From: Chloroflexota bacterium
Lineage (GTDB): Bacteria; Chloroflexota; Limnocylindria; Limnocylindrales; CSP1-4
Assembly (NCBI GenBank): GCA_013698095.1
Contig: JACCVQ010000153.1
Location: 1-53,165, forward strand
Reading direction: 5' to 3'
Length of the DNA: 53,165 bases
Shown: positions 1-9,023 of the stretch, one piece after another
Layout of the letters: every line of letters starts with the position of its first letter
Position numbering within the stretch: position 1 is the stretch's first letter
Notes under the pieces: generated by a model
Database searches by the model: none
What the model saw: only the letters and a program-made list of their open reading frames with translations
Told to the model about the DNA's origin: nothing
Made by a program: the position numbers and the translations under genes

Positions 1-1
1 C

Positions 2-523
2 GATCGCACCGTCACCGATCGCGCCGCCGCTGGACGCCTGGAGCTGCTGGTCGCTGACGGCCGGCTTGCCCGTGAGGGCGACACCGTTCGGCCGCCCGGG
101 GCGCGACACGAGGGACGGTCGCCGGCCCTCGCTGCCGCGATGGATCGACTCGTCGCGGCGCTTTCGGTCGCCGGCCCACCCGCCCTGTCGCAGGCCGCCC
201 GAGCGACCAGCTGCCCGCCGGATGGAATCCGCGCCCTCGAGCGGTCGAACCGGATCGTGCGGGTCGGGGATGACCTCGCCTGGGACGCGCGGACGTATCG
301 CGAGTTGTCAGATCGCGCCATCGCGATGGCGGCGACGGCACCGTTGACCCCGGCCGCCTACCGCGACGCCACGGGCACGAGTCGGAAGTACGTGATGGCG
401 ATCCTCGAGGATCTCGATCGACGGGCGATCCTCCGTCGCACGCCGGCCGGCCACGTTCCAGGACCGCGGGCCGCCACGGCCATCGCCGCTACAGCGGAGC
501 CCGTGCCCGAGCCGGTCCGGTGA
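2..523 (+). CDS. selB: Selenocysteine-specific elongation factor, C-terminal winged-helix part (5' truncated by window edge)
   Basis: Frame is open from position 2; 'TPAAYRDATGTSRKYVMAILEDLDRRAILRR' matches the SelB SECIS-binding WH motif (RD..G.SRKY...LE..D). Confidence 0.85.
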   Translation, partial: DRTVTDRAAAGRLELLVADGRLAREGDTVRPPGARHEGRSPALAAAMDRLVAALSVAGPPALSQAARATSCPPDGIRALERSNRIVRVGDDLAWDARTYRELSDRAIAMAATAPLTPAAYRDATGTSRKYVMAILEDLDRRAILRRTPAGHVPGPRAATAIAATAEPVPEPVR

Positions 524-1137
524 GCGATCGGCCCGGTGGCCTTCCGCCGGTCAGCGGGATCGTCCTCGCCGGCGGCCGATCGAGCCGGTTCGGGTCCGAC
601 AAGCTCACGGCGACGATCGGCGGGACGACCCTCCTCGACCGTGCGGTCAACGGCGTCGCAGCCGTCGCGGCCGAGGTCGTCGTGGTGCTCGCACCCGGTG
701 TCGAGCGAACCCTCGCCCGGACCGGCGACGACAGGCAGGTTCGGTTCGTGGCCGATCCGGAGGCATTCGGGGGCCCGCTCGTCGGCGTCCTTGCTGGCCT
801 CGAGGTCGTCGAGCAACCGCTCGTGATCGTGGCAGGCGGCGATATGCCGGACCTCAATCCGGACGTCCTCAGCCTGCTGGTCCGGAGCCTGGCGACCGCG
901 GACGCCTCGATCGGAGCCGTGGCGCTCCGCTCACGCGCTACGACCTCCCCGTTGCCCGCCGCCGTTCGGACGGGAGCGGCCACGGACGTCGCCCGGCGCC
1001 TCGTCGCCGATGGCGAACGCCGGCTGCGGAGCCTGTTCGACCATCTCCCGACCCGGGTCCTCGAGGAGTCCGAGTGGCGCGCCCTCGATCCGGACGGCGG
1101 GAGCCTCCGCGATGTCGACGTTCCGTCCGACCTCTGA
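520..1137 (+). CDS. mobA: Molybdenum cofactor guanylyltransferase
   Basis: 'GIVLAGGRSSRFGSDK', 'GGPLVGV', 'GGDMP', 'DVDVPSDL'; GTGA overlap with the selB stop. Confidence 0.9.
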   Translation: MSDRPGGLPPVSGIVLAGGRSSRFGSDKLTATIGGTTLLDRAVNGVAAVAAEVVVVLAPGVERTLARTGDDRQVRFVADPEAFGGPLVGVLAGLEVVEQPLVIVAGGDMPDLNPDVLSLLVRSLATADASIGAVALRSRATTSPLPAAVRTGAATDVARRLVADGERRLRSLFDHLPTRVLEESEWRALDPDGGSLRDVDVPSDL

Positions 1138-1185
1138 CCCCGCGGGCCGGTCCGAACCCACCGTGACGGACCGCCGGGTCGCCGA

Positions 1186-2838
1186 TCAGCCGAGGGCAGC
1201 GTGCTCAAACACAGCCGCCCCTCCGACGAACGTGGCAAGGACCCGCCCCTCGCCGATCGGCCCGGCATCCGGCCCGAACAGGTCGCGGTCGATGACCGTC
1301 AGGTCGGCGAGCTTGCCGGTTTCGATGGTGCCGGTCTCGTCGTCGAGGTGGTTGACATACGCCGAGCCGGCCGTGAAGCCATGGATCGCCTCGGCCAGGG
1401 TCAGTCGCTGCTCGGGCAGGAACGGCTCGCGGACGCCGCGCCAGGTGTCCGCCACCCGGGTGACCGCGATCTCGATCTCGAGCAGCGGGTCCGGGCTCGA
1501 CACGCTCCAGTCGGAGCCCATCGCGAGGCGGGCACCGGACCGGAGCAACCCGGCGAATGGGTATTGCCAGGTCGTCCGCTCGGGGCCAAGGAACGGGATC
1601 GTGAGCAGGTCGAGCTGGTCCTCGTGACACGCCCAGAGCGGCTGGGCGTTGGCGACGACGTCGAGGGCGGCGAAGCGCGGCACGTCGTCGGGATGGACCA
1701 CCTGGATGTGGGCGATGTGCGGGCGGGTATCCGACGGGCCGTTGGCCGATCGAGCGGCTTCGACGGCGTCGAGGCACTCGCGGACGGCCCGATCGCCGAT
1801 CGCATGGAAGTGGGCCTGGAGTCCGGCGGTGTCGAACCGGGTGACCCAACGCTTCAATCCCTGTGGGTCGATGAAGCTGATGCCGCGATTGGTGGTCGGG
1901 GATCCGTCGGCGCCGAGATACGGGTCGATCATCGCGCCGGTGAACGTCTCGAGGACGCCGTCCTGCATGAGCTTGACGCTGTTGAGCCGGAAGCGGCCGA
2001 GCGAGCCGGTCCGGGACCGCTCGATCAGCTCGTCGACCTGGTCATCGCCGCCGAGCCGGTCCCACCACATGGCGCCCTCGACCCGGGCCGTCAGCCAGCC
2101 CGCCTCGGCCGCGGCTCGGTACGTCTCCTCCTCCTCGGTCCGGACGATCGCGTCCTGCCAGGCCGTGATGCCGAGCGAGTGGAGATAGGCTTGGGCCAGG
2201 CGGAGACCGTCGGCCCTCTGGCCGGCCGTCGTCTCGGGCATTAATCGCTCGACCGCGTCCGCAGCCCCTTCATGGAGGCTCCCGGTCGGAGTGCCGTCCG
2301 GATCACGCTCGATTCGGCCGTCGTCGGGGTCGGCCGTGTCACGGTCGATCCCGGCCAGCTCGAGGGCCTTCGTGTTGACCCACGTCGAGTGGCCGTCGCG
2401 GTTCGGGAAGAAGGCCGGCCGATCGGAGACGATCGCGTCGAGGTCCTCGCGCCGCGGCGTGCCGCGCTCGAAGTCCCCCATGGACCAGCCGCTCCCGACG
2501 ATCCATTCGTCGTCGGGATGGCCGGCGACGTACTCCCGGATCGTGTCGAGGACACCGTCGCGGCCGTCGGCATCGCGCACATCGCACTGGGTGCGATCGA
2601 CGCCGCCGGAGATCGGATGGACATGGGCGTCCTGGAACCCCGGCAGGAGAAGCCGACCCGCAAGGTCGATGACCCGGGTCCGCGGTCCGATCAGCCCGCC
2701 GACGTCGGCCGCAGTGCCGACCGCGACGATCCGTTCGCCGCGAACGGCGATGGCTTCGGCCCGCGGCCGGGCGGGATCGACGGTGTGGACATGGCCGCCG
2801 CTGAATACGAGGTCGCCCGGTGGTGTTCTGTCAGTCAT
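1186..2838 (-). CDS. YtcJ-like amidohydrolase (Amidohydro_3)
   Basis: 'PGFQDAHVH', 'DGHSTWVNTKAL', 'HAIGDRA', 'GSDWSV', 'GTIETGKLADL'; start set at ATG 2838, 6 nt after a CATCCT hexamer. Confidence 0.88.
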   Translation of the reverse strand: MTDRTPPGDLVFSGGHVHTVDPARPRAEAIAVRGERIVAVGTAADVGGLIGPRTRVIDLAGRLLLPGFQDAHVHPISGGVDRTQCDVRDADGRDGVLDTIREYVAGHPDDEWIVGSGWSMGDFERGTPRREDLDAIVSDRPAFFPNRDGHSTWVNTKALELAGIDRDTADPDDGRIERDPDGTPTGSLHEGAADAVERLMPETTAGQRADGLRLAQAYLHSLGITAWQDAIVRTEEEETYRAAAEAGWLTARVEGAMWWDRLGGDDQVDELIERSRTGSLGRFRLNSVKLMQDGVLETFTGAMIDPYLGADGSPTTNRGISFIDPQGLKRWVTRFDTAGLQAHFHAIGDRAVRECLDAVEAARSANGPSDTRPHIAHIQVVHPDDVPRFAALDVVANAQPLWACHEDQLDLLTIPFLGPERTTWQYPFAGLLRSGARLAMGSDWSVSSPDPLLEIEIAVTRVADTWRGVREPFLPEQRLTLAEAIHGFTAGSAYVNHLDDETGTIETGKLADLTVIDRDLFGPDAGPIGEGRVLATFVGGAAVFEHAALG

Positions 2839-2960
2839 CGCTTGAGGATGGCATCGCCCGGCCGTCGTGGGATGGGCGGTCCGGCCCGCGGGACGGGCGG
2901 CCGGGTGCGCGGGACGGGCGCGTGTCGCCGCGACGCGCAACGGCCTCTATCCTCGACGCC

Positions 2961-3515
2961 ATGACGACCGTGCACCTCATCCATCCCGGCTACATCCGCG
3001 ACGACAGCCGGGTCGGCAGCAGCATCAGCCTGGTCCGCGACGGCGACGCGCTCATCGTCGCCGACCCGGGTCTTGTCGCCTCCCACGCCCGGATCCTCGA
3101 TCCGCTGACGGCGCTCGGCGTGGACCCGTCAGCCGTCACCCACGTGTTCCTGAGCCACCACCACCCCGACCACACGATGAACGTCGCCCTCTTTCCGAAC
3201 GCCGAGGTCGTGGACTTCTGGGCCCGCTATCGGAACGACCTGTGGCTCGGTCACGACGGCGACGGCTGGAAGCTGAGCGACCACGCCACGCTGTGGCTGA
3301 CGCCCGGCCACTCGAACGAGGACGCGTCGCTGATCGTGGACGCGGACGACGCCGTCTACGCCCTGACCCATCTCTGGTGGCGTGCGGATCGGACGCCCGA
3401 GATCGACCCGCATGCCCCGGATCAGGCAGTCCTCGAGACCCAGCGTGCCCGCGTCCTGGCCGTCGCCGACATCGTCATCCCCGGCCACGGCGAATCCTTC
3501 CGCGTCACGGTCTGA
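2961..3515 (+). CDS. Metallo-beta-lactamase-fold hydrolase
   Basis: 'SHHHPDH' HxHxDH motif, 'TPGHS', 'IVIPGHG'; TATCCT 7 nt before the ATG. Confidence 0.88.
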   Translation: MTTVHLIHPGYIRDDSRVGSSISLVRDGDALIVADPGLVASHARILDPLTALGVDPSAVTHVFLSHHHPDHTMNVALFPNAEVVDFWARYRNDLWLGHDGDGWKLSDHATLWLTPGHSNEDASLIVDADDAVYALTHLWWRADRTPEIDPHAPDQAVLETQRARVLAVADIVIPGHGESFRVTV

Positions 3516-3531
3516 GTCTTCGTCGGGCCTG

Positions 3532-4284
3532 TCAGCCGCGCCGGGCGACGATGTTGAGCCGGACGTAGTCGATGACCGGCTTGCCGATCCCGGTCACGAC
3601 CGCCTGGACGAACGCATCGTGCTCGTCGGCCGGGAGCCGGGCCAGATGGCTGCCGAGGACGACCGTTCGGAGGTAGTCCGCGAAGGGTTCGCCGGGCTCG
3701 AAGGTGGTCGGCTCGGGCTGGAGCCACGTCTCGATGTCGACGAAGCCGGCGGTGGCGAGGCGCTCGACGGTTGCCTCGGGCGTCTCGAAATGGACGTCGC
3801 CGAGCCAGCCGTCGCCGATCGTGGCGAGGACAGCCTGGATCGTCGCGATGTTGCCGAACCCGCCGCACTGGGCGACGAGCCGGCCACCGGGCTGAACGAC
3901 CGCGGCAAGGTTCCGGAACAGGGCGTCATGGTCGGGGACCCAGTGAAAGGTGGCGGTCGACAGGATCGCGTCGGCCGGACGGTCGCCCGGCAAGCTGAAC
4001 GGCCGGCCGAGATCGGCGACGAGGTAGGCGACCCGATCTCCGAACCGAGCCAGCCGGCGCTCGGCTTCGGCGACCATCGACGGGGAGGCGTCGAGCGCGA
4101 TCACCCGCCCGTCCGGCAGGCGCGCCGCGAGCTGCTCGGTCACCCGGCCGGTGCCGCATCCCGCGTCGAGGACCGTCTCGTCGCCGCCCAGCGGCAGGCG
4201 ATCGAGGACGGCCGAACCCCAGCGCGTCATGGGGTCAGCGACTCGGTCATAGGTCGTGGCGTCCCAGTCGCGCGGTCCCTGCAT
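3532..4284 (-). CDS. Class I SAM-dependent methyltransferase (trans-aconitate methyltransferase-like)
   Basis: 'WDATTYDR', 'VLDAGCGTGR', 'STATFHWVPDH', 'DYVRLNIVAR'. Confidence 0.88.
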   Translation of the reverse strand: MQGPRDWDATTYDRVADPMTRWGSAVLDRLPLGGDETVLDAGCGTGRVTEQLAARLPDGRVIALDASPSMVAEAERRLARFGDRVAYLVADLGRPFSLPGDRPADAILSTATFHWVPDHDALFRNLAAVVQPGGRLVAQCGGFGNIATIQAVLATIGDGWLGDVHFETPEATVERLATAGFVDIETWLQPEPTTFEPGEPFADYLRTVVLGSHLARLPADEHDAFVQAVVTGIGKPVIDYVRLNIVARRG

Positions 4285-4393
4285 CGGGCCAGTATGGGCG
4301 GGCCGACGGTGGGTCTGGATTCGGTGTGCGTTCGTGAGTACGCTAGTGCCAACGGGGGTTGCAATCGCCTCGGGGCGACAGCGAGAGGGAGTG

Positions 4394-4996
4394 ATGGTGG
4401 CGCAACTTCAGGAAGCCTGGAACAAGTTCAATCCGAGAGAGCGGATGGCCGCGACCGGAGCGGTGGTTGTCATCATTGCCTGGCTGATCGGACTCGTCGC
4501 CCGAGGGTTCGGCGTCAGCTCGCTCGGCCTGCTCGGGGCGATCGCGGTGCTCGCGGTCCTGTACCTCAAGTCGGCACCGAATCAGTCGATCACATGGCCG
4601 ATCGCGCCGTCGCTGATCGTCCTCGGGATCTCGGCCATCGTGGCCCTGTTCGCGCTGATCACGCTCCTCGAGTACCTGTCGATCATTGGCCTCCTCGGCA
4701 TCGGCGGGCTCGTGGCCCTGCTGCTGTACGCGGCGGGTGCCGTGGTCATGGTCTGGGGCGCGTGGCAGGAGTACCAGATCGCGAAGCCGGCCATGCCGAA
4801 CTTCTCCGGCACGGGCACGCCGACCTCGCCGAGCACGACGACCCCGTCCAGCACGCCGACACCGTCGAGCACGACCCTGCCGAGCACGCCGCCGGTGGCC
4901 CCGCCCGACACGGCGCCGCCGGCCACCTCGACGCCACCTCCGCCGGTCACTGCCACGCCGCCGGTCGACGACCGCGACGAGGCGCCGCCCGCCTGA
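4394..4996 (+). CDS. Hypothetical membrane protein (~4 TM) with a Pro/Thr/Ser-rich C-terminal tail
   Basis: GAGGGAG SD upstream of the ATG; several hydrophobic segments; low-complexity tail; followed by a hairpin. Confidence 0.75.
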   Translation: MVAQLQEAWNKFNPRERMAATGAVVVIIAWLIGLVARGFGVSSLGLLGAIAVLAVLYLKSAPNQSITWPIAPSLIVLGISAIVALFALITLLEYLSIIGLLGIGGLVALLLYAAGAVVMVWGAWQEYQIAKPAMPNFSGTGTPTSPSTTTPSSTPTPSSTTLPSTPPVAPPDTAPPATSTPPPPVTATPPVDDRDEAPPA

Positions 4997-5022
4997 TCGC
5001 ACGAGCGACAGACGACACAGCG

Positions 5023-5056
5023 GAGACCGGGCCGGCCCAACGGCCCGGTCTCTTCC
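5023..5056 (+). terminator. Putative intrinsic terminator hairpin
   Basis: Perfect 12-bp stem GAGACCGGGCCG / CGGCCCGGTCTC, 6-nt loop, then TTCC; 26 nt after the stop at 4996. Confidence 0.65.
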
Positions 5057-5438
5057 TGTCCGGAGCCGCGGGTCACGTCCGCCTCGCCGTTCCCACCCTC
5101 AGCGCGCTCGAACCGCCGGCCGTCGCCGACTTCCGCACGCAGGCCTCGGGGCGGGATGCCAAGAAGGACTATCCGGAAGCCTTCTTCAGCTGTAGGCCCG
5201 ATCCATGCCGTCCGCGAATGAGAATCCGCCAGGCCGCCGCGCACGGCGCCGATTCCATTCACCCCAGGCATCGACCGCCTTCAACACGCCGTTGCGCGTG
5301 CTCGATAGTCCTTCCCGGAATAGTTCGGGGCGCCGCCCGGGCGCCGCCCGGGCGCGGCCCGGAGGCGACGGATTCTCAGGACGAATCCGAAGGGACGGCG
5401 CCGCGCGCCGCGGTACTCAAGACGGTGCCTGCGGAGTC

Positions 5439-7067
5439 TCAGCCCCGGCCGGCCGGACCTTCGACGGACGCCGTTCCGCCAGTGCCGCCGTCTTCGGCGC
5501 GGGCGAGCTCGAACGGCGACGCCTTGCCGGATCGCGAGCGGATCCCGAACGCCGACGTCGCGGCGCCCCCGATCAACAGCCCTGCCGACACCAGCGCCGC
5601 GACCCGGAACGCATCGACCGACGCGATCCTGGCAGCCTCGACCTGGATCTCGGGCGTCCCGGGTCGCGGTGGGTTGAGGGGCACGATCGCGGCCCGGACG
5701 GCGGGGTCGGCCGGGTTCAGGCCCGGCACCCGCGCCGCCAGGGTCGAGTAGAACGACGACGTGATCGCCACGAAGATCAACGCGAAGATCAGCGGCTGGC
5801 CGACCCGCGAGAGGGCGTTGTTGATCGCCGACCCGAGGCCCGAGAAGCGGCCCGGGATCGAGCCCATCAACGTGCTCGTCAGCGGCGCCACGACCATGGC
5901 CATGCCGGCCCCGAAGGCAACGTTGGCCGGCAGCACGTCGATCAGCGAGTCGAGCGGCGGGATCAGCGAGGCGGGCCGGCCCAGGTCGGCGATCCAGGGC
6001 GTCGAACTCGCCGGGATGCGGGCCAGCCAGAGCTGGCCCGCGGCCACGATCAGCGGCCCGACGACGAGAAAGATGCGAGTGCCGAAGCGGCTCGTCAGGG
6101 CGCCGATCCGGGCCGACAGCGTGGCGATGAGGATTCCGGCCGGCAGCCCGATGATCGCCGCGCCCGTTGCGGTGTAGCCGAGCGTCCCCTGGTAGAGGAG
6201 CGCGGTGTAGCTGAACGAGACGTAAAGCGCGCCGTAGATCAGGAACGTCGCGAGGTTGATCGCCGCGAACTCGCGGTTCCGGAACAATGACAGCGGCACG
6301 AGCGGCTGGGGCCGGATCGCCATCAGAACCGGGAAGAGGAGGAGGCTGAGCGCTCCGATCCCGAGCGAGATCCAGGCCGTCCCGTCGGCCCATTGCGACT
6401 CCTGGCCGCGGATCGCCCCAACGGTCAGGCCGCCGATCGCGAGCGCGCCGACGACCGACCCAAGCCAGTCGAAATGACCGGTCGCCTCGGTGTCGCGCGA
6501 TTCCTCGACGTGGCGGATCGCCGACCACAGCGCGACGCCGACGAGCGGGCCGTTGATGAGGAACGCCAGACGCCACGACAGGTTGTCGACCAGGAGCCCG
6601 CCGATGATCGGACCGAGCAGCGTCACGGCGGACGTCGCTGATGCCCACAGGCCGAAGGCACGGGCCCGGACCGGTCCGTCGAAGGAGGCGGTGATGATGG
6701 CGAGTGATCCCGGGACCAGGATGGCCCCGGCGGCACCCTGGAGCAGGCGAGCGACGATCAGGGTCTCGATCGTCGGAGCGAGTCCGCACAGGATCGAGAT
6801 CACGCCGAAGGCGATCAGGCCGATGATGAACAACCGGCGCCGGCCGTAGCGATCGGCCAGGGCCCCGGCGATGATCAGGAGCGCGGCGAGGACCGCGAGA
6901 TAGCCGCTGCCGATGTAGGCCTGAGCTTCGAGGAGACCGAGCGACGTCGGGGTCGGGAGCTCCTGGCCGATCCGCTTGAGGGCCAGGTTCACGACGGTGC
7001 TGTCGAGGAACACGATTCCCGACGCGACGATCGCCGCGAGAAGGGTCCAGGATTGGGCGCGAGTCAT
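5439..7067 (-). CDS. MFS transporter, DHA2/EmrB-like
   Basis: 'FLDSTVVNLAL', 'GALADRYGRRRLF', 'RLLQGAAGA', 'WRLAFLIN'; many TM segments. Confidence 0.9.
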   Translation of the reverse strand: MTRAQSWTLLAAIVASGIVFLDSTVVNLALKRIGQELPTPTSLGLLEAQAYIGSGYLAVLAALLIIAGALADRYGRRRLFIIGLIAFGVISILCGLAPTIETLIVARLLQGAAGAILVPGSLAIITASFDGPVRARAFGLWASATSAVTLLGPIIGGLLVDNLSWRLAFLINGPLVGVALWSAIRHVEESRDTEATGHFDWLGSVVGALAIGGLTVGAIRGQESQWADGTAWISLGIGALSLLLFPVLMAIRPQPLVPLSLFRNREFAAINLATFLIYGALYVSFSYTALLYQGTLGYTATGAAIIGLPAGILIATLSARIGALTSRFGTRIFLVVGPLIVAAGQLWLARIPASSTPWIADLGRPASLIPPLDSLIDVLPANVAFGAGMAMVVAPLTSTLMGSIPGRFSGLGSAINNALSRVGQPLIFALIFVAITSSFYSTLAARVPGLNPADPAVRAAIVPLNPPRPGTPEIQVEAARIASVDAFRVAALVSAGLLIGGAATSAFGIRSRSGKASPFELARAEDGGTGGTASVEGPAGRG

Positions 7068-7108
7068 CGGACCGGCAGTTTGGCACAAGCGCGGATATGC
7101 TCACCGGC

Positions 7109-7822
7109 ATGCCGGGATCGGGACCCATCGTGCTCGTTGGATCCGGCGAGTTCCTGCCCGCGATGCGCCAGATCGACGCGGCGCTCCTGGCGGCGATCGG
7201 CCGTTCTCGACCGCGCGTCGCGATTGTCCCAACGGCATCGTGGCCCGACGGCGAGCAGGTCTTCCGGCGCTGGGCGACGATGGGCGTCGAGCACTTTTCG
7301 ACGCTCGGCGCGGAGGTCGAGGCGGTCCTCGTCCGAGACGGGTTCGACGCCGACGACAGCGCCCACGTGCAGGCCATCGGCGAGGCCGACCTGATCTACC
7401 TGTCGGGCGGCAAGCCGGGGCATCTGAGCGAGTCGTTGGTCGGTTCGGCGGTTGGCGACGCCCTCCTGGCCGCCCACGCTCGCGGTGCGACGCTGGCGGG
7501 GTGCTCGGCCGGCGCGATGGCCCTCGCCGATCGCCATTTCGAGTTCCGCAAGCGACGGATGGTCTGGCCGCTGCGCTGGGAGGACGGCCTCGACCTCGTG
7601 CCCGGAGCGCTCGTGATCCCGCACTACGACTTCTTCCCCGAGGCGCTGGCCGCGATGTTCGTGCTCCAGGCGCCGCGTGGCCTCGTCACGCTCGGGATCG
7701 ACGAGGAAACGGCCGTCGTCGGGCAGGACGGCGCGTGGCAGGTCCACGGTGTCGGCCGGGTCACGGTCTGGCGCGGGCGTCGCCGCCAGCGCTTCCGCCG
7801 CGGCGAGGTGTTCCGGATCTAG
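7109..7822 (+). CDS. Peptidase S51 / cyanophycinase-like (class I GATase-like fold)
   Basis: 'LVGSGEF', 'IVPTAS', 'IYLSGG', 'GCSAGAM', 'IPHYD', 'LGIDEETA'; TATGCT 7 nt before ATG 7109. Confidence 0.85.
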   Translation: MPGSGPIVLVGSGEFLPAMRQIDAALLAAIGRSRPRVAIVPTASWPDGEQVFRRWATMGVEHFSTLGAEVEAVLVRDGFDADDSAHVQAIGEADLIYLSGGKPGHLSESLVGSAVGDALLAAHARGATLAGCSAGAMALADRHFEFRKRRMVWPLRWEDGLDLVPGALVIPHYDFFPEALAAMFVLQAPRGLVTLGIDEETAVVGQDGAWQVHGVGRVTVWRGRRRQRFRRGEVFRI

Positions 7823-8174
7823 CGCTCCGAGCTCAGTCGGCCCTCGCGCCACTCTCGCCGCCCGCCGCTCGATCCGCTGACGCCCCGGCGGCCCGGCCGG
7901 CTCCCCGCCCTGCACGACGGGATCATCCGGCTCCTGGCCAGATTCCCATCCCCGGAACGCTGGGCGGGCTTAGGAGGATCACCGACGATCACGACGGGAT
8001 GCGGCGCGCTGGCGCCACGCTCGGACCAGCATCGGCCAGGCTCAGTTTCCACCGCCACGTGGTCGCAGATCGCGCCCAATGTTCCCCCGATGACCGTCTG
8101 GCCATCTCGGACCGGTGGCGGCTCGCAATCCAGAGGGCCGGGCGCGCGCAGGCACGGATCCCGCCAAATCGCGA

Positions 8175-8200
8175 ACGCCCCGACCGACCGGTCGGGGCGT
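8175..8200 (-). terminator. Hairpin downstream of the zinc-ribbon gene
   Basis: ACGCCCCGACC-4 nt-GGTCGGGGCGT, perfect 11-bp stem. Confidence 0.55.
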
Positions 8201-8260
8201 CTGGCGAGGGGGTTCGGGGGGCAGGTCCGGCCAGCGAGCTCGACCGGGTTCAGGTCAGCG

Positions 8261-8599
8261 TCAGTCGGGCTTGACCTGGCGGAAGCAATCGGAGCAGTAG
8301 ACGGGCCGATCCATGCGCGGCTTGAACGGGACCTGGGCCTGGTTGCCGCACGACGAGCAGACCACTGCGAAATACTCGCGAGCGACCCGATCGTCGCCCC
8401 GCTCGTAGCCGCGCGGACCACCGATGTCGCGGACGTCGTAGCCTGCGTCGCGGCTGGCCCGGCGACTGGCGCGACAGCTCGTGCAGCGCTTCGGGTCGGA
8501 CACGAAACCCTTCTGGACGTAGTACTCCTGATCGGCGGCCGAGTGGATGAACTCCACCCCGCAGTCGACGCAGTTCAACGTTCGATCGACGTATGTCAC
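8261..8599 (-). CDS. Zinc-ribbon protein (zf-trcl-like plus CxxC-x17-CxxC domain)
   Basis: 'DRTLNCVDCGVEF...EYY..KGF..DPKRCTSCR' and 'VCSSCGNQAQVPFKPRMDRPVYCSDCF'; AGGAGAGGAAGG upstream. Confidence 0.9.
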   Translation of the reverse strand: MTYVDRTLNCVDCGVEFIHSAADQEYYVQKGFVSDPKRCTSCRASRRASRDAGYDVRDIGGPRGYERGDDRVAREYFAVVCSSCGNQAQVPFKPRMDRPVYCSDCFRQVKPD

Positions 8600-9023
8600 G
8601 AAGCCTTCCTCTCCTGTGGCTTATCGCCGAACCAGTGGGTCCGATCGAGGGCGGCCATCAGCGGCGGTCGGAGCGGTTGCGTCGGGAACGGCCGGCGCCG
8701 CGCTATCCAGGTGCCTGATGGAGTCCCTGTCTCGGGGCGCACGGGTTTGTTCGATGGGCCTGACCATATACCGATCGTTCGAAACGCGCGTTGCAACAGC
8801 CGGGACGGCCAGCCCGCCTGTCGCGACGGCACCCCTCGGCTGCCATCCGTCCGCCGTGCCACCCTACCTGTCACAATGGCCCCCGAGAGTCGACGTGGCG
8901 GGCGAGGGCAAGGGGGCGCCTCGCTCGCACCAGACCGGGGACGAAGGAGGCATCTCCGCACCTGGTCGGTCCACTCTCCTCGTCGCCCAACCCGCGACGG
9001 CACAGGGAGGTCAGCCCGAACGG

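Noticed and set aside
1-1137. Selenoprotein (in-frame UGA) or tRNA-Sec near selB
   Set aside because: No interrupted ORF or tRNA cloverleaf was noticed in the window; selB-mobA adjacency fits known Mo/Sec enzyme maturation
7823-8170. ~350-nt spacer with short repeats (CACGACGGGAT twice)
   Set aside because: No credible ORF and no consistently nested pairing; too weak to call
8885-8978. Glycine riboswitch-like words (GAGAG...CGAAGGAG...ACTCTC)
   Set aside because: Lacks the GCCGAAG and CTCAGG core, and the gene context is unrelated
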